From: Gammaproteobacteria bacterium
GTDB lineage: Bacteria > Pseudomonadota > Gammaproteobacteria > Eutrophobiales > Eutrophobiaceae
Direction of reading: 5' to 3'
DNA: 64,000 bases
Assembly: GCA_965243205.1 (NCBI GenBank)
Contig: CBDEUK010000002.1
Span: 2,176,001 to 2,240,000, forward strand
Both the position numbers and the translations under genes were made by a program. The notes below the pieces were generated by a model. That model saw only the letters and a program-made list of their open reading frames with translations. It made no database searches and had not been told where the DNA came from. Position 1 is the stretch's first letter. Each line of letters opens with the position of its first letter. This document shows, one piece after another, positions 44,518 to 53,430 of this stretch.

Positions 44518-46587
44518 ATGAACTTAATTCATAATATTGTCTTATTTTCAGGATTTCTATTAGCTTTTAATGTCGTGAATGCCACGACAATTTATAAATG
44601 TAAGAGCCCTAATGGTTCGTTGAGCTATAGTCAATCTCCATGCTCAAATGGAGATACTTTGGTTAAAAGCAAGGATCTCTCTAAGCGATTAGGTAAGAAT
44701 GCTGAGAAGGCAAAAAAACGTTTGGAAAAGATATTAAAACGAAAGAATAATAAACTTAAAAAAAGACAAGAACGAAAAGAAAAGCGATTAGCTAAAAGAG
44801 CTGAAAGAAATAATAATGATGCTAGTCTTGGTTCAAACAATTCCAATAATTTATCAAATCAATTGGCTGATGCTAGTTCAGGTTCAAGTGGAGTAAACGC
44901 TAGTAACATCTCGATAGATAATAGTAATCAAGAAGAACCTTCAGAAGAAAATTTATCTGAACCAAAACGTTCCGATGTTTCTTTACCTCTTCAAGAGGTT
45001 ACGGAAGAAGCACCAGAAGTTCCTGTAACAACGGCTGATAACCAAGACACCGAGGCTCCAAGTTCTGGTGGAGGTAGTCCTAATGCAAGCTCAACTGAAA
45101 CGACTGTAAATGTTGGCGAATTATATGGTCCAATCGAATTTAAAATAATTAGTTGGCCACTAACCAAAGCTTATCCTGGATTGGAATACAATATCCGAAT
45201 GGGTGTTATAGGTGGGCAATATCCTTATCGTTATGAATTAGAGCAGTCACCTTCAGGTATGACAATTAATAATTATACTGGTGAGATAGCTTGGACACCG
45301 GATGCATCACTTGAAGATACTAGTGCTAATGTTAGTGTTATTGTTACAGATTCAACTGATGGGAAAATTAAACAAAATTTCAATATTAATGTCACTAAAG
45401 CCGGTTTCTATTTCGTTTCACCTAATGGAAATGATTCTTCAGGAAACGGAAGTATTGGTAAGCCATGGAAAACTATGGATACAGCCATTTCTCGTGCAGG
45501 AAGCGATGGTATTGTTTATTTGCGTGGTGGTTTATATAAAGGTGCTTTTACTCTAAAGAGCTCTGATTCGAATAAATGGATTGCATATCCAGGCGAAAAA
45601 CCTGTACTAGATTTGGATTTATCTACTTTAAGACCAGCTTCTGATTTTGGCTATATAGATGGGTTAGAAATAATAAATGCTCAAAGATGGGCTTTTTGTT
45701 TTACAGGTGAAGATAATTGGATTTTTAGAAGAAATCATATGCATCATTTATATGATGATTCAGATCGTGAAAACCCATCATTTATTTTCTTTTGGAACGA
45801 AGGTGGATCTCAAAATAGAGCTCACCAAAATATCGTAATACAAGATAATCTTTTTCATGATTTATATGATGAAGATCATCATCATGGTGGTTCAGTCATT
45901 ATGTATGATGTGTATCAATCACTTTATGAAGATAATGAAGCCTATAGTATTCATGGCGCAGGCGCTAAAGATAAAGATCATGGACAGTTCAATACATTTC
46001 GCGGTAATTATTTATATAATAATTCTACAGAAGCGTTTGCGATACAAAATCAAGGGTATAGCAATAATATAGAAATTTTATATAACGTATTTCATGGAAC
46101 AGTTATGTTTGGACAAGTAGAAGCTGAATTAAGTTATGTTCTATTTAGACATAATACGCTTAAAGGACAAATCATGCATAAGAATGCTAATCCTGTTGGC
46201 ACTGATAAAACTATTGTCATAATTGATAATATTATTTCTATGAAGAAAGCGGATGTATCATTAATTGAGGACCGAGCTGATGAGTATACTTATGAGGCAA
46301 TACCTTACTTATGTTGTGACGAAGCAGATGAAAAAGGTTTCACTAGTTCCGTTCTTTATAGGAATAGAAATTTAATTGATTTTGAGACAACATACATTGC
46401 TGGTTATGGTTATGGAAAAAATAGAACATTGGCAGAATGGCAAGCTTTGGGTTTCGATATAGACAGTATCTTTGCAGATCCACAGTTCAACGATGAAGGG
46501 TCTAGAGATTTCAGACCTAAATCATCTTCACCAGCATGTGGAAAAGCTCATGATGGCGGTGATATTGGAGCCTTACCTTGTCTTTAA
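44518..46587 (+). CDS. Secreted multidomain protein: DUF4124-like, basic helix, acidic linker, Ig-like, parallel beta-helix (possible polysaccharide lyase)
   Basis: Signal peptide; IYKCKSPNGSLSYSQSPC; PSGMTIN..TGEIAWTP; FVSPNGND..GSIGKPWKT..YLRGG; DIGA terminus. Confidence 0.7.
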   Translation: MNLIHNIVLFSGFLLAFNVVNATTIYKCKSPNGSLSYSQSPCSNGDTLVKSKDLSKRLGKNAEKAKKRLEKILKRKNNKLKKRQERKEKRLAKRAERNNNDASLGSNNSNNLSNQLADASSGSSGVNASNISIDNSNQEEPSEENLSEPKRSDVSLPLQEVTEEAPEVPVTTADNQDTEAPSSGGGSPNASSTETTVNVGELYGPIEFKIISWPLTKAYPGLEYNIRMGVIGGQYPYRYELEQSPSGMTINNYTGEIAWTPDASLEDTSANVSVIVTDSTDGKIKQNFNINVTKAGFYFVSPNGNDSSGNGSIGKPWKTMDTAISRAGSDGIVYLRGGLYKGAFTLKSSDSNKWIAYPGEKPVLDLDLSTLRPASDFGYIDGLEIINAQRWAFCFTGEDNWIFRRNHMHHLYDDSDRENPSFIFFWNEGGSQNRAHQNIVIQDNLFHDLYDEDHHHGGSVIMYDVYQSLYEDNEAYSIHGAGAKDKDHGQFNTFRGNYLYNNSTEAFAIQNQGYSNNIEILYNVFHGTVMFGQVEAELSYVLFRHNTLKGQIMHKNANPVGTDKTIVIIDNIISMKKADVSLIEDRADEYTYEAIPYLCCDEADEKGFTSSVLYRNRNLIDFETTYIAGYGYGKNRTLAEWQALGFDIDSIFADPQFNDEGSRDFRPKSSSPACGKAHDGGDIGALPCL

Positions 46588-46630
46588 ACTAAAAAACATA
46601 GGAATATAAATGTACAAGGAAGTACATTAT

Positions 46631-47758
46631 TTATGAAATTAATCGCTTAATAGATTTAAGTACGCTTTCTATTTTAAATGTGAGTTTGGGTCTTTTTAAT
46701 TTTGCCCATACTAAATCTATTTCTGAATTAGCAAACGATTTTTTATATTCTTCACCACCAGCTAAGAAATCATAAGAGTCAATATTATTTTTCCAGTAAT
46801 ATTCAATTGCAAGCCAATGAGCAATAAAGCCAGGTTTAAATTTATTATCTTCTAAGTAATTAAAACCAGATTGAATATTATAGACCTTATTTTTATAGAC
46901 TAAATTATATAAATAACCGATTGTAAAATCGCCAGCGGTTATCTTCAGAATATCTACTTGATTGTTGCTTATTTCATTTTTAATAAGATCTATATTGAAG
47001 TTTACCCAATTATTATTAGCAAAAGCTCCCGGCAATCCTTTTTTTTGCCAATATTCAGTATGGAGTTCTTTCATCCTTTCAAAATAATCTATAGCTTCTT
47101 GCTGATTACTTGCAGATGAAATAGTGATTTCATCATATAGTTTTTCTATGTACTTAATCGAACGATTAATCTGAGAACGTTTATTACTACTTAGTAAAGA
47201 CTGTTTAAGTTCTTTTGATGAATTATATTTGCCTTGCTCTAATTGAGCTTGTCTCGAAACTCCTGTATCGACAATTTCAAACTCAAGTCCGATTTTATCC
47301 TGTATTAATTTAAATTTTTCAGATTCTACAGCATTAAAAACTATTTCATCCCATGACTTATTTAATTCTAGAAAATTAGTAAATAGTTTAGTGACAGGTA
47401 ATTCATAACCAGGTGCTATTAATATTTGATTATATTCAATCACCATATTTAAACGATTTGCACAAATCTCGTTTAAAAATACTTGCCTTGAAGTTACAAA
47501 TTTATGACGTTTTTCTTTGTGTAATATTAAAAAAACTGCGGCGACTATTTTTTCATTCTCATAAACGAGAAATAAATTGGTATTAACTTTATCATGTATT
47601 AATTTTAGCCACGGTCCAATCCAAATCCAACTTACAAACACATTATTATTTTCTGGATTAACTTGATCCCAATATGCTTTAGCATCTTCATAGCTTGGAT
47701 TTTCCACTAAAACGCCAACAAGATTCTCTTGTTCAATTCTTTTATGTTCAAAATTCAT
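46631..47758 (-). CDS. GNAT acetyltransferase, CelD/BcsL-like
   Basis: FVSWIW, IEYN, YLYNL, QSG, KPG, YDFLAG..EYK. Confidence 0.82.
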   Translation of the reverse strand: MNFEHKRIEQENLVGVLVENPSYEDAKAYWDQVNPENNNVFVSWIWIGPWLKLIHDKVNTNLFLVYENEKIVAAVFLILHKEKRHKFVTSRQVFLNEICANRLNMVIEYNQILIAPGYELPVTKLFTNFLELNKSWDEIVFNAVESEKFKLIQDKIGLEFEIVDTGVSRQAQLEQGKYNSSKELKQSLLSSNKRSQINRSIKYIEKLYDEITISSASNQQEAIDYFERMKELHTEYWQKKGLPGAFANNNWVNFNIDLIKNEISNNQVDILKITAGDFTIGYLYNLVYKNKVYNIQSGFNYLEDNKFKPGFIAHWLAIEYYWKNNIDSYDFLAGGEEYKKSFANSEIDLVWAKLKRPKLTFKIESVLKSIKRLIS

Positions 47759-47770
47759 ACGTAAATAATT

Positions 47771-49177
47771 TTAAGGGATGTTTTTTACTATAGAAGGGCC
47801 AATTGTATTGCTAATAATTAAAGGTAATTTTTTCCAGGTTGAAATTAGTAATTTATATTTTGCATTGTTTGGGTTTATTTCAGGCAATTCTTCTCCTTTT
47901 GGCAGCCAATAATTCCAATAGTTTTGAAAAGGTTCAGCTCCCCATTGTTTTTTGAAATTAAAAGTACCGCTATGTTTGCTTGAACGTCCGAAATCAAAAA
48001 ACTCATAATTATTTTCAATGGCAAAATTGAGTATGTTCCAATACATGAACATATTTATACCCGAACGGTTCGTCTTTTTTAAAGCAGAGGCCCAAGGTAT
48101 CTCTAACATCTCTTTATAACCTAATAATAGGGCGCATGCTACTGCTTCTTGATTAATGTAGACAACTACAATATGAGTTTTTTCATACCATGCATCCAGA
48201 ACTCGAAAAAAAAATTCTTTGCTGTAGACAGGAGTGCCTAAATCACGCATATTGGTTGAAAAGACTTTATAAAAATCATGAATTAATTCTTGTTTGCCTA
48301 TTTTTATTTGAGGCTGTTCGATTTTACTGCGTTGAATCTGAGCACGTAATTTAGTTCCTAATTCTTTAGAAAAAGTTTCAGTAGATTTAGGTAATCTACG
48401 TATCATTGAGACTTTCTCTTGTTTGGTAATCAAGTCAGTACGTTTTTTAAGTTCTCTAATTTCAATATGCTCAAGGTTTAAGGCTTGAGCTGTTTCTATT
48501 GCAGAATCAACTAAGCGAGTTTCGATTTCCTTATTATCTGCTATTGGACCTCCATAATTAAAATATGGCATAGAAACGACAAAATCGCCAAACAGCATAC
48601 TTTTAAGCCTGATTAAAGGTAAATAACCTTTCAATTGATTACTTTGATTGATAGCTACAATCGACATATCTTCATGCCTAAATAAAGAAGATATTAATCT
48701 CCGCCAGCATGAAAAATGATATGGCGTAGAATGAGAATGGTTTTCCACATAATCATCAATAACAGAGTCTTCTATCTTATCAGCAGGGATAATATTTATA
48801 GCTGTTAAAGTATCTAATAATGAAGTGTCTTCGGCAGCAGTGAATCTTGTAGGCAAAGGATTTTTTAATTCAAGATTTTCAAATAAGTTTTTTATTAAAT
48901 TTTCTTGATTCGATTTTTTTTCTTTTAGTGTATTTAGATTCTTTTTAATCGAAGATTGTTCATCGATTATATGTTTAAAGTCTTTTCCTTCTTTTTTTAG
49001 CTTGCCTATTTTTGATGATAATATTTTTTTGTTTTCATTTAGTTTTTTAATATCATCGATAATAGTTTGTAAGATATTTAATTCTAATTCTAATGATTGA
49101 GGTATTTCGTCAAACTCTTGCCATATGACGAGAAGATTGTTGCCTATGTTTTTGAGAAGTTTTTCATGAGCCTGCAT
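47771..49177 (-). CDS. FemAB-related protein (TIGR03019-like) with N-terminal SerRS-like coiled-coil arm
   Basis: SMPYFNYGG, NMRDLGTP, FDFGRS, FKKQWG, NPNNAKY, IGPSIVKNIP; extra ~110 aa N-terminus. Confidence 0.9.
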   Translation of the reverse strand: MQAHEKLLKNIGNNLLVIWQEFDEIPQSLELELNILQTIIDDIKKLNENKKILSSKIGKLKKEGKDFKHIIDEQSSIKKNLNTLKEKKSNQENLIKNLFENLELKNPLPTRFTAAEDTSLLDTLTAINIIPADKIEDSVIDDYVENHSHSTPYHFSCWRRLISSLFRHEDMSIVAINQSNQLKGYLPLIRLKSMLFGDFVVSMPYFNYGGPIADNKEIETRLVDSAIETAQALNLEHIEIRELKKRTDLITKQEKVSMIRRLPKSTETFSKELGTKLRAQIQRSKIEQPQIKIGKQELIHDFYKVFSTNMRDLGTPVYSKEFFFRVLDAWYEKTHIVVVYINQEAVACALLLGYKEMLEIPWASALKKTNRSGINMFMYWNILNFAIENNYEFFDFGRSSKHSGTFNFKKQWGAEPFQNYWNYWLPKGEELPEINPNNAKYKLLISTWKKLPLIISNTIGPSIVKNIP

Positions 49178-50067
49178 TATGCCACTAACTCATTTATATT
49201 AATTGTCGGCCCATTAAAATTACTCAAAGCATCACTCACATAGGTGAATTGAAAATCATTTGTTAAATTATCTAATCTATGCATGCATTTTTCTAAATTG
49301 TTATAGTGGCGAAACCTCGATAATAAACTGGCGCCTTCAACACGTGGTTGCTCAGGATCCACTTCCCAAGGATGGAGATAAAAGATAGCAGGATTATTTT
49401 TGCTGGCGTTCTTAAGTAAAGTACGTGATAACCAATAAGGAAATAACCGAAAATAACCACCACCAGCAGCAGGCAATTTAAAACCCATAAATTTTGCTGT
49501 GGTTAGAGGAAGCTCTTTTATAAGTTTGCCATTGGATGTTTTTATATAGTAAGGGGTTGTGGGGCTTGTCGGTATACCATATTTATCATGATGAATAGGG
49601 AATATACTGGAATCCCATTCATAGCCTGCATCAGCCAATATATCCAGAGCCCATAGTGATTTTGGAGTGATGGAATACGAAGCTGCCCGATATCCAGTAA
49701 CAGGTTTTTGGATAATATCTTCTAATAACTGCTTAGATTTGATGGCTTCTTCTTTAAAGACTTCTTGAGTTTGTTTATAAATTATCTGATGGCTGTAACC
49801 ATGAGAAGCAATTTCATGTCCTGAGTCAGCAATAAATTTGACTAAATTTGGGTAGCGTTCGGCTACCCATCCTAGAATAAAAAAAGTGGCGGTGAGATTT
49901 TTTTTCTCAAATAAATTGAGTAGAGTTTCAGTATTATTTTCAACTCGGGTTTCATAGTTTGGCCAATCACTAGGATCAATGGCATTTTCAAAGGCAGCAA
50001 CGTGAAAATAGTCTTCTACATCTACCGTCATTGCACATGGGTGGCTAAATTGCTGTGTCTTGTTCAC
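49177..50067 (-). CDS. Polysaccharide deacetylase, XrtA-associated (TIGR03006/DUF3473-like)
   Basis: TVDVEDYFHV, ATFFILGWVAER, SHGYSH, GGGYFR, FYLHPWEVDP, FRHY. Confidence 0.93.
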   Translation of the reverse strand: MNKTQQFSHPCAMTVDVEDYFHVAAFENAIDPSDWPNYETRVENNTETLLNLFEKKNLTATFFILGWVAERYPNLVKFIADSGHEIASHGYSHQIIYKQTQEVFKEEAIKSKQLLEDIIQKPVTGYRAASYSITPKSLWALDILADAGYEWDSSIFPIHHDKYGIPTSPTTPYYIKTSNGKLIKELPLTTAKFMGFKLPAAGGGYFRLFPYWLSRTLLKNASKNNPAIFYLHPWEVDPEQPRVEGASLLSRFRHYNNLEKCMHRLDNLTNDFQFTYVSDALSNFNGPTININELVA

Positions 50068-50148
50068 TGTATGAATTATTAGAAACTAGTTAGTGTGGGT
50101 TAGAGTTAAATAAAAATTGTAACATTTCTCATGTTGTTTGTGCCAAAG

Positions 50149-50164
50149 AGCAAGTTTGGTGCCA
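50149..50164 (-). promoter_or_regulatory. sigma54 promoter for deacetylase-FemAB-GNAT operon
   Basis: Minus strand TGGCAC-CAAAC-TTGCT, full match to the -24/-12 consensus, about 80 nt upstream of the start. Confidence 0.8.
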
Positions 50165-50322
50165 AAGATACGATAAAACAATGTTCATGAAATTTTGAGT
50201 ACAAGTCTTGCATTGGCTAGGCAGAAATTAAGAATTTAATCTAAAATTACTTTATGAATAGTTAATATTAGCCCATTAAATTAGTGTAATAAGAAAAGAC
50301 TCCTACTATTTTGCTCAATATA

Positions 50323-50340
50323 TGTCGTTTATTAAAGACA
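50323..50340. promoter_or_regulatory. Candidate enhancer site (TGTCG-N9-GACA)
   Basis: TGTCGTTTATTAAAGACA about 160 nt upstream of the sigma54 site. Confidence 0.4.
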
Positions 50341-50510
50341 TTTAAGCGTCAAGATAATTTAAGTGTAAATACATATATTTAACTGAAAAGTTAGATGAAA
50401 ATGAATCTTCTTTCAGTTATGTTGAATGTTTCGGCCTGTGGAAACTATGCAGCCTGATTCTTCCAGGATTTAAAGCCAAAGATAAAAATTAGAAAAACTT
50501 AGAAAGTTTA

Positions 50511-51992
50511 ATGACCAATCAAGATAACAAAGATAACACAATCGAAACCAGCGTAGATACATATACCAGTAAAGCGGTTTCAGGTTTCAAATGGATGGCT
50601 TCTACTACAATAGTCTGGCAGCTGGTAAGTTGGTTTTTTACCATTTTAACGGCTCGAATTTTAGACCCAACTGACTATGGTATTTTTGCACTTGCAGAAA
50701 CTCTATTGCCTTATTTACTAATGATATCGGTATTAAGTATACCTTCTTGGTACATTCAAGCTGAAAAGGTTGATAAAAATACTGAAAAGACGATTTTTAC
50801 CTTTATGTTTTTGACAGGGTCGCTGATTGCTGCTTTTGGATATTTTATAGCGCCTTTTTTGGGAGAGTTTTATGGGAATGATGAAATAGTTCTGCCTATA
50901 AAAATATTAAGCTTGATGTTTATTTTTAATGCTTTTCATAAGCTACCGATGGCGCAATTAGAAAGAGAGTTTAAATTTAAAGCGATATCTCTAATGAAGT
51001 TGTGGGTCGGTATCAGCAGAGTAATTTTAGTCTACATATTAGCAGTTTGTGATTTTGGCTATTGGGCATTAGTCATTGGTGTGTGCTATAACCAAATCGG
51101 ATTAACTATTTGGTTGATGTGTCTCAAGGGATTACCTCCCGGTTTTGGATGGGATAAAGATTTAATCAAAAGAGTTATAAATTTTGGAACTGCTGCAACA
51201 GGAGCCGAGGTACTACATGTTATATTTTCAACGGCTGACGATGTACTGATTGGTAAATTCTTAGGAACGGAAGCTTTAGGCTATTATTTTATGGCATTTT
51301 ACATAATGGATATGCCTCTTGCTAAATTTAATGAGTTAACTAGACCAATCTTGTTTTCTTATTTTAGTAAGATCCGAGGTTACGACGATGAACTTAAAAA
51401 TATATTTCTTAATGTTACAAAATCTGGTTTATGGTTAATCTTTCCTATTTTAGCTGGCATGGCATTAGTAGCAGATGAGTTAGTGCTAATTGTCTTTGGC
51501 GAAAAATGGATGCCAATGGTAATACCTTTAGTTTTTTTAAGTCTTGCAGGTTTATTTAGGGCTTATACAGATTATATACCGCCATTATTTCTTGCTCTTG
51601 GAAGACCTCAAATGGAATTAATAATTAACGTAATTACCGCGATTATATTACCGTTGTCTTTTCTTATTGGGGTAATAAATTATGGATTGCAAGGAGTACT
51701 TTGGGCTTGGATTCTCGTGTATCCATTTGTTTGTTTTATGAGAATGAGAGGATTGAGCCAGCTGACTATTATTACTGAACTAATGTATTTGAAAAATCTT
51801 AAAATTCCTTTTGTGACAACATCTGTAATGGCAATTGGTATTTTGTCTATGGAGCTGTTAATTCCAGATAATTTAGATATCATAGTTGTTCTTTCAATGA
51901 AAGTTGTAACGGGTATTTTGGTCTATATGGCGGCAACATATTTTCTATTTAAAGAAGAAATATTGAAGGCTATTAGGTTATTACGACAATAG
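50511..51992 (+). CDS. Wzx-type oligosaccharide flippase (PST family)
   Basis: ARILDPTDYG, GYWALV, D.VLIGKFLG..ALGYY, FGEKW; multipass. Confidence 0.9.
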   Translation: MTNQDNKDNTIETSVDTYTSKAVSGFKWMASTTIVWQLVSWFFTILTARILDPTDYGIFALAETLLPYLLMISVLSIPSWYIQAEKVDKNTEKTIFTFMFLTGSLIAAFGYFIAPFLGEFYGNDEIVLPIKILSLMFIFNAFHKLPMAQLEREFKFKAISLMKLWVGISRVILVYILAVCDFGYWALVIGVCYNQIGLTIWLMCLKGLPPGFGWDKDLIKRVINFGTAATGAEVLHVIFSTADDVLIGKFLGTEALGYYFMAFYIMDMPLAKFNELTRPILFSYFSKIRGYDDELKNIFLNVTKSGLWLIFPILAGMALVADELVLIVFGEKWMPMVIPLVFLSLAGLFRAYTDYIPPLFLALGRPQMELIINVITAIILPLSFLIGVINYGLQGVLWAWILVYPFVCFMRMRGLSQLTIITELMYLKNLKIPFVTTSVMAIGILSMELLIPDNLDIIVVLSMKVVTGILVYMAATYFLFKEEILKAIRLLRQ

Positions 51993-52014
51993 TGTTGGGA
52001 AACAGGAAAGCTAA

Positions 52015-53430
52015 ATGAAGTATATTGCATTACTTGCAATCAATGTGTACTTTTTTTTAGTTTTTAATAGCGGAATATGTAAACTTTATGAATATTGGAT
52101 AGATGTTCAAGGTTCCATATTATATGGAGTCTTTATATTTATATTAGCCATTTATTTATATTGTGAACGTTTAGGGAAGGTTTCTTTTAGAGAAAATAAC
52201 CAGATAACAGTTCTTGTATCAATTCTATTAATTAGTTTTTTTTATGCTGTCTCAGTATATTGCGGAATTGAACTATTTCAGTTCTTAGCGTTTTGGATTG
52301 CATTAATATTATTACAATTTGCATTATTTAATTATAAAAGCGCAGTCTATATAAGTCCTGCAATATTATTTTTAATATTCTGTTTTCCTGTTTTTGAATA
52401 TTTAAATCCTCTTTTGATTAGACTCAGTAATGATGCTGTTTCATTGTTACTTTCTTTTACCAATCTCAGTGTTAATGTAGATGGAAATATTATCTATCTT
52501 CCTTATGGTAATTTGGAAATTACTGATGGTTGTTCTGGCGTTCGTTATTTGGTCACCTCATTAGCATTGGCTTTTTTTATGGTGTTAACATCAAAAATAA
52601 ATATAAAGAAAACAGCCTTGTTAATTATTTTGGCTATAGGTTTAGGATTACTATTTAATTGGATCAGGATATTTATTTTAGTCTTAATTGCTTATGACTC
52701 TAAGATGCAGTCGGAATTGGTTTATGATCACGAAACATTTGGATGGTTATTGTATTCTGTAGTTATTGTTATTTTAGCTTATATCTATATTAAGCTAGAT
52801 TCGCTAGAAAAAATTAAAATATCAAGCTTCAATTCAAACAAAAAAATATATTGGCTAAATTTTGTAGTTTTATCCTTAGTAATAAGTTTGGGTGTTAATG
52901 TTATAAATATAATCCCACAAAATTATAATAAACCCGAGATAAAAAATATTTCCAATTGGGCATTAGATTCGTCACCTAGTCATAATGAATCTAAAGATCG
53001 TTTTAAATTAAAATATATCTATAGTGACATTGCGACTTCAAATGTTATGAGTAGTAGCCATGTAAACTGGAGATCGAAAGAAGGTGAGGATTTGGTGCCA
53101 TATATATCAGATCTTGAGTCAGATCAAAAATGGCAAAAATACATGAGAAAAAATATTTTAATTAATTCATCTACAGTTCAATATATTTTACAAAAGAATA
53201 AAATAACTAATGAAGACAGAATCAAAATAATCTTTTTTGAGATAGATAATAAAATAATCAATTCTTACCAAAAAGCAAAATTATTACAAATACCTGCTTT
53301 CTTTAGACAAAATAATTATTTTGCATATCATCAGTTAATTATTAATTGTAAATATAATGGATGTGATAAAGAAGAAGGTAAAGTTCTCAATGCAGCTCAA
53401 AACCTGTTAAAAGAACTTACAGTGTATTAA
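52015..53430 (+). CDS. Exosortase (EpsH/XrtA-like) with divergent EpsI-like C-terminal domain
   Basis: Catalytic Cys (GCSGVRYL), Arg (NWIRI), His (DHETFGW); about 8-9 TMs. Confidence 0.9.
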   Translation: MKYIALLAINVYFFLVFNSGICKLYEYWIDVQGSILYGVFIFILAIYLYCERLGKVSFRENNQITVLVSILLISFFYAVSVYCGIELFQFLAFWIALILLQFALFNYKSAVYISPAILFLIFCFPVFEYLNPLLIRLSNDAVSLLLSFTNLSVNVDGNIIYLPYGNLEITDGCSGVRYLVTSLALAFFMVLTSKINIKKTALLIILAIGLGLLFNWIRIFILVLIAYDSKMQSELVYDHETFGWLLYSVVIVILAYIYIKLDSLEKIKISSFNSNKKIYWLNFVVLSLVISLGVNVINIIPQNYNKPEIKNISNWALDSSPSHNESKDRFKLKYIYSDIATSNVMSSSHVNWRSKEGEDLVPYISDLESDQKWQKYMRKNILINSSTVQYILQKNKITNEDRIKIIFFEIDNKIINSYQKAKLLQIPAFFRQNNYFAYHQLIINCKYNGCDKEEGKVLNAAQNLLKELTVY

